NCBI GenBank assembly: GCA_943704415.1
Contig: CALSCO010000613.1
Span: 1 to 39,301, forward strand
DNA length: 39,301 nt
From: Parvularia atlantis
Lineage: Eukaryota
Direction: 5' to 3'
The position numbers and the translations under genes are program-made. The notes under the pieces were generated by a model. The model saw nothing but the letters and a program-made list of their open reading frames with translations. It searched no databases and was not told the DNA's origin. Shown here piece after piece: positions 1-10,800 of the stretch (positions are counted from its first letter, which is position 1; each line of letters opens with the position of its first letter).

Positions 1-280
1 CGTGGCGCAGCGGGAAGCGCCCGCCCGCCGCCTTGCCGTCGCGCTCGCCGTCGGCCGCCGCGTCCCTGCCTGTCTGCGGGAGGAGACTGCCTGCGTGTCA
101 GAGACGTCTGTGGCGCGGTCTGTGCGCGGCGATGCGGCGACGGGCAGTGCGGGCCGCGCGCGAAAGAGAGCGCCGCCGCGGAGCACACGCGAGAACGGCG
201 ACCGCGCAGGCGCGCGGCAAGAGAGAGGCGCGCGGCGAGAGGGACAGGGAGAGCGGAACATCCGTCACACTAGCGCGGCC

Positions 281-846
281 ATGGCGGGAAGTGGCAAGGA
301 CGACGACGCGCGCGACGTGCGGCTGCTCGCGCGGCTGCGCGTGTTCGAGACCGTGCTCGAGACGCGCCGCGCGCTGGCCGCGCAGATGCGCGACGGCTTC
401 TTCGAGCTCGCGCAGGCGCGCAACGCGATGGGCGGGCCCAAGGCCGTCTCGCCCACCGCCTACGATAGCCGCATGCTGGCCACCGCGACCGTGCGCGTTG
501 CGGACCCGGCCGAGGCCCGGTCGGCCGGCGACCTCGCCCTGTTCGAGCTCGTGCGCGCAGCACCCGTGGCCGACGGCGCTGGGGCGGGGCAGGGCGCCGC
601 GATCGCCGATGGGAGCGGCAGCGCCACGCCGGCCGCGCCCGACCCGCTCAAGTGGTTCGGCGTGTTCACGTCGCCGCACCTGCGCAAGAGCCAGGAGAGC
701 TTTGTGCAGGGTGCGTGCACGTCGCGGGCTGCCTCGCGCGCCGGCCGTTGCTGATTCGCGCGGCGGCCGCAGCCCTCGCGACGATGGTCGAGTTGGCTAG
801 CCTGCAGCATCAGCTGATCGCGCTCGAAGACGCGCCGTTGTCATGA
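281..846 (+). CDS. CCDC115: V-ATPase assembly factor CCDC115/Vma22-like (2 exons; intron 711-772)
   Basis: Spliced protein MAGSGK...MRDGFFELAQARNAMGG...YDSRM...DPLKWFGVFTSPHLRKSQESFVQ|ALATMVELASLQHQL*. The GFxxLAxAR and DPLxWFG motifs are typical of Vma22/CCDC115. The GT-AG intron with a CTGAT branch restores the frame. Confidence 0.85.
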
Positions 847-891
847 CGTGAGCGTCAAGTGCCGTGCGCGTACACAAGGAAGCAGTGCGTT

Positions 892-1129
892 TCAACCAAA
901 GAACCATGAGAGAAGCCCGCCCGGTGCCGCGGTGGCGGCAGCGGGGGCAGGGGCGGCAGGCGCGGGCGCGGTGGCCGACACGGCCGTGGCGTACGACGGC
1001 GGCGGCATAGCAGCAGCGGAGGAGCGCGCCACGTCCGCGCCGGCGGGCGACGGCAGGCGTGACCCGAGCGGCGAGACAAAGTCGGCCGCCTTGAGCAGGT
1101 CGATCGACGGCGACGTCGTCAGCGTGCCC

Positions 1130-1164
<35 letters not shown>

Positions 1165-3726
1165 CGTTGAGGCCGACGACGCCGTTCGCAGCGCCCGCCG
1201 CCCGGTCGGGATGAGCTCGACGGCGCGCTGCAGCGCTTCAGCTCCGAGCTTGTCCACTAGGCGCTTCTCCTGCTCGGTCAGCTGCGCCTCGAGCGCGATC
1301 AGCCGGCGGTGCTTCCTGCGAGACGCACGAGGCAGCGTCAGCCTTCGAGCGCGCCGGGCGCGCGCACGCACTTGTCCAGTAGCTCGCCAAGGAACGCGAT
1401 CGAGTTCTTCGCGGCAGACAAGTTGCGCTCGAGCGTTGCGACGTGTGCGTCCTTGGCTGCGCCCGGCAGCGCGTCGTCCGCGACCCCGGCCGCCAGCAGC
1501 TTGGCCTTGGCCTGTCAGCGTCGCGGTGAGCGGTGTCCGGTGCAGGCAGACCGCGGTGCGAGTGCGCACCTCGTTCAGCGCGGCCTCGCACTGTGACAGC
1601 TGCACGACGAGCTTGCCCTCGTCCGCGCCCACCTCCGTCAGGTCTGCCTGCAGCCGTGCGAAGCGCTCGCGCTCGCGCTCGAGCGAGCGATCGCTCAACG
1701 CCTTGAGGTACTTAATGCTGCGCACACGCCGCACGGCGTTCAGCAACAATCACACATAGCGCGGCGCACGCACCCGGCCAGGTAGCGGTCGCGCACGTCC
1801 TGCGCGTGCCGCACGTGCTCGGCGAGCGCTGTCTTGGCCCCCTGCAGCTCGAGGCGCAGCGTGGCCTCGCTCGGCTGTGGCCCGCGCAGGTCGGTCAGTG
1901 CGCACGTCGTCTGGCCGCGACGGCGCACCGAGTACTTGATCGTCGCCGCGCTGCCTGCCGCTGCCGACGCGGATGCGGCCTCTGCCGCCGTGGACGCGGT
2001 TGACGACAGCTGCACGGCGGCGGGTGCGGACGGCTCGCTCGACGCGTCGCCGCCGGCCGTGTTGCCGCCAGCCAGAATTGAGAACATGGTCTGAGCAGGC
2101 CGCATCAGACGCGCCGTGCATCCGCCTCGGGACGCACCGAGATGATGCTGTGCGCCTTGGGCAGGAGCTCAGCGCGCGTGCCCATGACCATGGCCACGGC
2201 GCTGAGCAGGTCGTCGCGCGCCTTGGCCAGCTGCGTGATCTCGCGGGCCAGCGCCTTGCCGGAGAAGTCCTCGCGGCGCGCCTTCTTGTCGCTGCCGATG
2301 TCGCTCAGGTTGGCCGCGACGGAGCCGCGCGGGCTGATGCGTGCGCACGTGCGCAGCGTGAGCAAAAAAAAAAAAAAAAAGCGCTGCGACCACGCGCGCC
2401 GCGCGCACCTGATGGCCGGTGTGTCGGTGACGATGCCGTCCGCGTCATCGTCCTCTGAGCGAGCGAGCGCTGTGTAAGCCACAGCGTGCGCACGGCGTAT
2501 TGAGCGCACCATCGTCGCTGCCGGTGGCAGTCGCGGTGCCGTCTGCGACGCGTGTCAGCTGCGTGATAACCGAGTGGGCGGCACAGGTGCACACGCACCG
2601 GCGGCGCGCGGCGTGCCCGGGACCTGCAGCGTCGACGCCGTGCGTTTGAGCTCGGGCGCGCTGTTGTCGTCGCGCGGCGACAGCGCCCGCCGCGCCTTCT
2701 TGAGCTTGAGCTCGGAGCGGGCGATGGCGGCCTGGGTCGACTTCTGCGGGCGGCCGTGAGCCGCCGCACGGCGCGCACGCCACGCCACCTTTTGCGCGCG
2801 CACGGACGCAAGCTTCTTGACGAGCTCGGCCTGGCGCCGGCTCATGTAGTTCATGCGGTAGGCCATCTTTGCGCGGTCGTCCTCAGACGTGGTGGCGTTC
2901 ATCGCGCCCTGGAGCCACTGGATCTCCTCCTCGACCTGCTCCAGCGGCGGGATGAGCATGCGCTCGCTCGTGACGAGCTGAGCGAGGCGGTAGTGGCTCG
3001 ACGCGCACGAGTTGCCCAGGAAGTTCTCGCACTCGTTCATGGCGCTCTGTGGCGCGTGCGTGGGCGTCGTCAGCCACAGCGAGCAGCTCGCACGCCGCGC
3101 GGCGCGCACCTCCTGCTCCTCGAGCAGGTGCCGCAGCGCCTGCAGCTGTCGCACGAGCTTGGCGGGCAGGGCGGGGTCGGGCAGCTGCGGGCTGGTGAGG
3201 GCGAGCAGCTGGCGCGCACGGGGGAAGAGGGGTTCAGCCGTTGCATGTGTGTATTATACTGTGCTGAGCGCACCTCGTGCGCGAGCTGCGCCGTGCGGGC
3301 CTGCTCCTGCTCGAGGCGCAGCTGCGTGTCGGCGAGGGCGTGCTTGAGCGCGACATTATCGGCGACGGTGGCGAAGGGGCTCGTGCGGCTGGGCGCGCGC
3401 GCACGCGCATGAGCCTATCGCCACCCAGCGCACCACGTGACGCGCGACGCGCACCGGTCCGTCAGCTCGGCGCGCAGCTGCTTGGCCTCGTCGACCGCGT
3501 GGGCAAGGCGCCGCTCGGTCACGGCGTGCGCCCACTTCTCGTCCTCGAGCTGTTTCTGCAGCGCCTTGCGCCCGTCCTGCGCCACCTGCACCGCCGCACG
3601 CAGCGCCACCAGCTCGCGGTCCTCCACCGGCACGGCCATCTCGGCCGAGAGCAGGCCGGCGCGGCCGCCCGGGGGACGGCTCGAGGCGCGGCTCGTGGCG
3701 GCCTCGCTCCGATTGGCTGGCGGCAT
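892..3726 (-). CDS. Multi-exon coiled-coil protein of unknown function
   Basis: GC3-rich exons from MPPANRSEA... through heptad-like segments (LQKQLEDEKWAHAVTERRL, LEQVEEEIQWLQ, LIALEAQLTEQEKRL) to ...GGLLSWFFG*. An intron at 2091-2137 joins the 2105-2512 and 1740-2105 ORF fragments in frame (KAHSIIS|TMFSILAGG). Confidence 0.7.
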
Positions 3727-3800
3727 GCGAGCGTCTAAAAACGGCATACGCCAACGAAAGATCAGAGTTGTCGATCGATTCATAGAGCAGGACGTACACA

Positions 3801-4512
3801 TCACAGGGCCTTGGTGTGCTTGCCGCTCGCGAGGTGCACGCCGTCACCGCGCCGCCGGAAGTCGACCTGCGTGAAGCCGAGCTTCTTGCCCGTCTTGAGC
3901 ACACGGCCCTCGATCTCGACCACGTCACCGGCCTTGGCCGCGGCCATGTACGTCACGCCGATGTCGACCGAGACGCCCGGGCGCGTCGCGTCGTTGCTGA
4001 GAAGCGCGAGCGTGCCGACCTGTGTGCCACGTCGGCGTCCCGCGAGCGTGCGCGCGCGAGCGGCAGCCACGCACCACGTCCACGAGCATCGCGATCGCGC
4101 CGCCGTGCAGCGTGCCGTAGCTGTTCTGCAGCGCCGGCTGGACCTCGATCGAGCAGTGCACGGTGCCCGGCGTGACCCGGTCGATGCGCAGGCCGGCGAT
4201 GCTGCTGTCGTACCCACCCTATCGCGGCGCGTGAGCTGGCCGATGGGCAGCACAGTCGAAAACGCAGCACGGCAAAGCGAAGGAGAGCGGTCGCCACCCC
4301 GGGCCCCACCAGCTCGCCCGATCGGACCGGAGGGGCACCTTGTGCAGCCTCCGGTACGCAAACAGCCCGACGCGGAACGCCGCCGTGCGCACTTTGTGCG
4401 TGAACGGGCCCACAAGCGCCGCCACGCCCTTCTCGCGCGCGCGCTCGATGAACGACTCGCCGGCACCCGCACCCGCGCCCGCGCCCGCGCCGTTCTGCGC
4501 CGCGCTGCTCAT
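3801..4512 (-). CDS. ACOT13: Acyl-CoA thioesterase 13 (PaaI/hotdog fold)
   Basis: NSYGTLHGGAIAMLVDV|VGTLAL...GVSVDIGVTYMAAAKAGD...VLKTGKKLGFTQVD...ASGKHTK, including the HGG catalytic motif. Two introns; the first (4219-4392) is unusually long. Confidence 0.92.
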
Positions 4513-4606
4513 CGCCCGCCTGGGCGCGCCCGCTCCTCAGTCCAGCGGCAGCGGAGGGGCTCCGCGAGGCGGCGCACCGGAAGACGGCACGAGCCGCCAT
4601 TGCTGA

Positions 4607-5915
4607 ATGATGACGGGCCAGCTGTCCATCGCGCTCGTCGGCGCAGGCCTCGTCGGCCGCGAGCTCGTTGAGCAGCTCGTGCGACAGGCGCCGGTGCTGC
4701 GCGCCGAGGCGGCCGGCGTCGAGCTGCGGCTGGTCGCCGTGTGCAGCTCGCGGCGGATGCTGGTGGCGCCGGCGGGCACGGACCTGCTGCAGCAGCCGCC
4801 CGCGACAACGATGTCGCAGATGAGCGCGAGCGCGAGCGCGACCGGTGCGTCTGCTCGCCTGCTTGCCGGTCGGGGCGCATGCACCCACGCGCATGCGTGC
4901 CGCATGCCCAGATCTTGATGCGCTGGTCGCACACGTGCTCGCGCACGGGCCGCGCGGCGTCATTGTCGACTGCACGGCCAGCGACGCCGTCGCCGAGTGC
5001 TACCCGCGCTGGCTGCGCCAAGGCGTCCACGTCGTCACGCCCAACAAGAAGGCCTTCTCGGGCCCGCTCGCGCTGTTCCGCGAGGTGCACGCGCGCCTGG
5101 ACGCCCATCCGTGATGTGCCGCGGCTGATGCGGCGGCAGATCCGCGCGCTCGCCGCGTGGGCGCAGTGCCGGCACGAGGCCACGGTCGGCGCGGGCCTGC
5201 CTGTGCTCAACACGCTGAGCGACCTCGTGCGTACGGGCGACACGGTGCTGCGCGTCGAGGGCATCCTCTCGGGCACGCTGTCGTACCTGTTCAACACGTT
5301 CAGCGACCCGGGCTGCACCGCGACGTTTTCGCAGCTCGTGCAACAGGCGCGCGACAAGGGCTTCACGGTGCGCGTCGCACGCGTGGGCGTTGCACGACTG
5401 ACGCAGGCGGCACAGGAGCCCGACCCGCGCGACGACCTCAACGGCCGCGACGTCGGCCGCAAGGTCGTGATCCTCGGGCGCTGCGCCGGGATCGACCTCG
5501 ACCTTGACGCGCTGCGCATCGAGAACATCGTGCCCGCGCCGCTGCGCGAGCTCGCCTCGGCAGACGACTTCCTCGCGCGCCTACCCGAGAACGACGAGCA
5601 CTTTGCACGCATGCGGCGCGAGGCGCTCGAGCGCGAGCAGGTGCTCCGCTACGTCGGCGTTGTCGCGATCGACGGGTCGAGCTGCGTTGAGCTGCGCCGG
5701 TGCGCACTTGTGTGCGCACGTGCCGCTGTTGAGCACGCACGCGAGCCAGGTACGCGCGCAGCCATCCGTTCGCATCGCTTCAGGGCAGCACCAACGTCGT
5801 TGCCTTCACCACGGCGCGGTACCCGTCGCCACTGATCGTGCAGGGAGCTGGGGCGGGCGCGGCGGTGACGGCGATGGGCGTGTTTGCGGACCTGCTGCGT
5901 GTCGCGGGCGCGTAG
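4607..5915 (+). CDS. HOM6: Monofunctional homoserine dehydrogenase (fungal HOM6-like), 5 exons
   Basis: Rossmann motif GAGLVG, then [52 protein letters not shown] and [19 protein letters not shown]. No aspartokinase or ACT domain. Confidence 0.93.
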
Positions 5916-6011
5916 GCGGACAGTAGATGCTGTCGTGTGCGGAAGGGTTACGTACAGAGATGCAAGAGTGGAAGAACAAGTTGGGCTTGGGGCTCGGGTG
6001 TGCAGGCAGGC

Positions 6012-7051
6012 TCACGCGGCCTGCGACGAGCTCGCGGCCGGCAGGACCGCCGCGACGATCGCGGCCGGTTTCCCCGCCGGCGCCACGCTCTCGGCCGAGG
6101 GCGTGCTGAACGACATGTTGTCGGACGTGACGAGGTTGGTGAAGTAGAAGATGCACCGGTCGAGGATGAAGGTGCCGATGGCGAGGCGGCTGGCGCGCGG
6201 GAGGCCGCCTGGAGCGCACGCACGCGCGAACGTCAGCCGGGCAGACGGCTGAGCGGCACGAGCGCCCACGCACCTGCCCAGAGCGACAGCACGCCGCGCT
6301 TCTCGACGCGCTCGCTCACGGTCTGGTAGATGGACGACTTGACGTTGGCGCCGTACTTCTCCTGCATGAGCGTCTTGACAGTGTCGAACGGCTGGGAGAT
6401 GACGCCGCCGGTCACGCCCGCGCACACGCCCGCGAGCAGGTTGGTGAGGCCGCGCGGGACGTCCGGCATAAGCTCGGCGGCCTTCTCGCGGTAGATCGGG
6501 TTGAGGCCAAAGAGGGTCGCGCCGTAGCAGCCCTCGCGCAGCGTGGTCGAGGAGATGCCGGCAAAGGCCTTAAACGAGCGGCGGTTCTCGTTCAGGAGCA
6601 CGCTCAGCTTGAGGCCGTTGTTCTGCATCTGCGTCTTGAACCACTCGCTCACGCAAGACACCGGCGTGGCCATGACGCCCGCGAACGCCCCGCCGGCCAT
6701 GAGCTGCCCGCGCGAGGTCACGTCCCAGCCGCGGCCGGCCGCGAACGACTTGTACGTCTCGTTGGCGACCTTAAGCGAGGAGATGTACACGGCGCGGAAG
6801 ACGAGCATCGGCGTCATGCCCGCGTACCAGTGCGGCACGCCCTTGGATAGGAACTCAGCGAAGCGCACGGGCTTGGCCGACTGCAGCCCGGTCTTGTACG
6901 TGTCGATCGGCTGGCACACGCAGATCTCGGTCCAGCCCGAGAGCGTCCCAACGATGATCTGGTTCTGCAGCGTCAGCTTGGGCTGCGGCGGGAACAGCTC
7001 GCGGTGCAGGCGCTCGGCCTTGGTGAGCTCGCGCGGCGGCTGACCGGCCAT
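6012..7051 (-). CDS. Mitochondrial carrier (SLC25 family), possibly an amino-acid carrier; 2 exons
   Basis: Three carrier repeats with PIDTYK, a degenerate SEWFK and PFDTVK, plus G-x-x-x-W-Y-A-G and LWAG|GLPR motifs. R-E at contact point II (TLREG). Confidence 0.88.
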
Positions 7052-7060
7052 GGTTGCTGT

Positions 7061-7098
<38 letters not shown>
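7061..7098. repeat. (CGG)12 microsatellite just upstream of the carrier ATG
   Basis: Perfect cgg run, read directly from the sequence. Confidence 0.95.
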
Positions 7099-7099
<1 letters not shown>

Positions 7100-7329
7100 A
7101 TGTCAGGCACTATGTTTTGCCACGTGCGGCACGTGCACGCCGCGGGTGCCCCCCTTTTTGCGCACTCCCGGCCAGCCCACCGCGCGTGCTGGTATTGCGC
7201 GTGCCACGTGCAATGTGCGGGGAGGGGGGCTCGCGACGCGGCACGCAACGCGCGCGCACAGCAGCAGCAGCAGCAGCAGAGAACACCACGAGGCCCCACG
7301 TGGTGCGCACCCACAGTGTGATGTACAGG

Positions 7330-7829
7330 CTACAGGCGCGATCGACGCGGCCGTCACTCTGGACCAATTGTACCTCCGCGCCGCGACCGCGCCCATCGCG
7401 TTCCCGCGCGACGCCGACGGCGTGCTCGTGCAGTGTGCGTCGGCACGGCCTGCCCGGGCCCGCGACGCCACACGCACGTGACCGCGGCACGGCGCAGTGC
7501 GGGCGCGGCTCGAGCAGATGGTCGCCGCGCGCGCCGAGGCCATCGGGCGGCTGCGTTCGCTGGCTGCCGCGCCCGATCGCGACGCCGCCGCGCTGCAGGC
7601 CGCCGCGCAGGCCGTCGACGACGCCACGCGCGCCATCGCCGCGTGCGAGGACGATCTGCAGATGCGGGTGCGCGCAAACGCGACGAGGCGGCTCGTGTGC
7701 GCCCGCTGACGGGGCTCGCGGCGGCAGGAGCGCATCGTCGTGGTCGTGCGCGACGGCGCGCACCGCAACGAGTCGTCGCACATCGCGCACGAGACGCTGT
7801 GGACCACCGCGCCGTACCTCGGCCGATGA
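7330..7829 (+). CDS. Small spliced hypothetical protein; 5' end unresolved (possible ATG at 7100 or 7113)
   Basis: GC3-rich exons AIDAAVTLDQLYLRAATAPIAFPRDADGVLVQ|LRARLEQMVAARAEAIGRL...CEDDLQMR|ERIVVVVRDGAHRNESSHIAHETLWTTAPYLGR*, joined by canonical GT-AG introns. Confidence 0.55.
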
Positions 7830-7835
7830 TCTTCT

Positions 7836-7841
7836 TGTACA
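7836..7841. promoter_or_regulatory. Palindromic TGTACA, candidate shared 3'-end/polyadenylation element of two convergent genes
   Basis: Lies in the 19-nt gap between stops at 7829 (+) and 7849 (-). TGTA(C/A) recurs downstream of most stops in the window. Confidence 0.45.
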
Positions 7842-7848
7842 ACTGCAA

Positions 7849-10800
7849 CTAGAACAGCTTCTTCTGGCGCTTGAGCTGCTCCTGCTTCCACTTGGGCATC
7901 TGCAGGAACGTGTCGCGGCCCATCGCAAAGACCCGCGCAAACTCCTCGTCCGAGAGGTATTCCTGTCGCACGCGCACGCGTTCGTCAGCACCAGCCCGTG
8001 CTCGCCGGGCACACACACCTCCAGCCGCGTCCGGTCCACGCCCTCGGGCAGCTTCTGGCCCGACAGCACCGAGAAGGCGTACGTCTTGACGTTGAGCTCG
8101 CCCAGGACCTTGTCGACGGGACGGAGCACGGGCACGCGCTCGCGCTTGTCGGCCGGCACCTTGCTCGTGCTCCACACGTGGAAGTGCCGCGCGAAGCCCA
8201 GCGGCTCCTCGTACGGGTACGTCACCCAGATGTTGGTGTAGGGCTTGTGCCCGCGCGGCGAGTCGACGATGTACTTCTGCGATCGCCGCGCGAGTGAGTG
8301 CACCGCTCGTCCCCCGCGCGCACGCGTCACCGCCCACCTGCGCCGTCTCCATCGCGATCGTCTTCTCGTTCTGCATCGACTTGCTCCCGATCCAGACGTA
8401 CACGTCCGTAATGCAGTCAAGGATGTACACGTGGCTGTCCTCCAAGTCGTCCTGCGTGAACACCTCGAGCGGCTCGATCTGCGCGTCGAGGGTTAGGCCG
8501 CGCCCCCAGGTCGCGCGCACGGCAGCGCACCACAACCACGCCCGACGATCCCGAGACCGCAAACACACGCGTCGGCAGCTTCTGCTGCTTGCGCCCGGGG
8601 TCGCGCGCGGCCCACTCATCCTTGCTGTATAGCGCCACCAGCTCGGGCGGCTCCTTGTCCTCGTCAACCGCCACAACGTCTGTGCCCGCAGTCAGCCACT
8701 GCAGCGGCGCAGTTGCGCGCGCGCTCGACGCACCCTCGACCGACGACAGCCGCAGGATGTTGTGCTGCGTCACGGCCTGCTGCGCGCGCAGCGACGAGTA
8801 CCGCCCGTTCCAGCAGAACACGTCCGCGCCGCGGCACACCACGGCCACGTGCTCTGAGTGGAACGCGAAGCCTGGCACACACATGCGCACGTCGGTGCAC
8901 GAGCGCTGGCCGGTGCACCGGCAAGCACCACGCACGCGCATTCTCGGCCTCGACCGCGCGCACCTGCCCGTTAGCGAGCTCGCGCACCTGGAACTGCCGC
9001 ACGGCGTCCGGTGCCGGTGGCCCCGCGGCCTGCTTGCCCAGCCGCACGACGATCCCTGCACAAGCAACACCGGGTCAATTTGCGCGGCAACGCAGCACGC
9101 CGCCGGCACGCCCGCACCGCGCGGCGCAAACAGCTTGAAGAAGTGCCGTGGCTCCTTGCCCTGCTCCACGCGCACGTGCGTCGCGTCGCCGCCCGTCTCG
9201 TCCGCCACGTTGATCGTCTCAAGCGCCGACGCGCCTGTGCCGCGTGCACGCGTGAGCGGGTTGCGCAAAACGCTAAGCGATGGCGCGGCACCTTTCTCCG
9301 TGACGGACGAGTCGCGCCCCTGCCAGAAGTAGACGACGTACTTTTCCGCGTTCTTGAGCAGGTACTTGTAGCGCAGCAGGTAGCTGGCAACAGCAGCCGT
9401 CAGCCCACGGTGCAGCAGAGCGCGCGCGCGCGCACCTCTCGCCCGCGTAGAAGATGCCGTACTCGTCCGCGCTGAGCAGCTCCTTGTCAAACTCGTAGTT
9501 GTCGCCCATAGCCTTGCGGCGCTTGCGGATGATCCACATGGCGTCGATCGTGCCCTGCGCGTCGTCCACGTCGCGTTCCTGCGGCGCGCACCAGCGGCTC
9601 AGTGTGCCGCGCGTGCGCCAGCACAGCTTTGCAGCGCGCCTCCGGGAAGACTGGGTTCTGCAGCGCGGCGATGTTGATCTCGGGCTGCTCCATCTTGACG
9701 TAGTTCTCGTTCAGCTCGATCATCGGGCCCACGTTGACTGGCAGCATGCCCGGGTAGTCGCAGAACTTCTCTTTGAACACCATCGTCTCCGTGTTCTCGA
9801 GCACTTTGGTGATCGTCGCCGCCGGCTGCCGCGAAGCCTGCGCCCGCGCCGAACTCAGCGCTGCCACCGCAGTACACTCGTGCTTGCTCACCTGCGTCGC
9901 CAGCACGCCCGCCAGCAGGAACGCGACCTTGCGCTCGTTTAGGCTCGACGCCGACCCGCTCCACACAAACAGCTCGCCGTCGGCGTCGATCACGTAGTTG
10001 AAGTCGCTCTTAAGTGTCTGCCCGCGCATGCGCTCAGGCCTCCTGCGCGCGCATCCGCACAGAACGCACGTCCTTCGACGGCAGGCGGTCGCCGGCCTCG
10101 TCGTACACGACCTGCAGCACCTTCTTGCTGTCCTTGGTCGGGTTCACCTGGTACACCTTGACGCCGCCTGCGTGCAACGCGCGTGCGCTCTGTCAGAGCG
10201 TTTCGCGGGCGGCCGGGCGGTCCGGCGCGCACGGAACGGCGCGGAAGTCGACGTGGGCAGCGCCTCGGCAGCGAGCTCCTGCACCGAGTTCTCGATGCCC
10301 AGCAGCTTGTAGAACGGCAGGATCGCGCGGCCAGCCCTGCACGTCTTGTCAGCAGATGCGCACCGCTCGGGCAGACCGCACGCACGTGTCGTTCACAAAG
10401 ACGATTGTCGCGTTGCCCCCACGGTCTTTGATGCGGATGCGGTTGGCCAGGTCGGCCCCGCGCGCCGCACACACGCGCGAGCTGAGCGGGCCGTTCCACT
10501 GGTAGATAGTCGCGCCTGCGAGACAGCTCAGATCACAACGGACTGCGTAGTGCGGCGCCCAGCGCGCACCAGCGTCCAGCACAAAGCTCGCGTCCGACGC
10601 CAGCGACGCGCGCGTGAGCGGTACCTGCTGCGCCAGGTTGCGCTTTGGGTGCACCTGCCGGCCCCAGCAGTCAGCAGCCACTTAACGCAGTGCATGTGGC
10701 TCAGTCGACGCACCTGCAGCAGCACGGGCTGCTCGCCGTTCTTGACCCGCAGCGGGTCCACCAGCAGTGGCGCCATCCGCCGCTCGAGCTCCTCACGCGC

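Noticed and set aside
2091..2137. Apparent TGATG stop/start overlap suggesting bacterial-style translational coupling of two genes
   Set aside because: The segment is a 47-nt GT-AG intron (CTGAT is its branch site), and splicing fuses both ORFs in frame.
2364..2380. A17 tract as a retroelement tail
   Set aside because: It is a poly-T run inside a short intron just before the branch site, with no target-site duplication or element body.
4219..4392. TPP or cobalamin riboswitch, or a canonical snoRNA, in the ACOT13 intron
   Set aside because: No CUGAGA/ACCUGAU TPP core, no B12 box, and no properly placed C/D or H/ACA boxes. Kept only as an unclassified structured intron.
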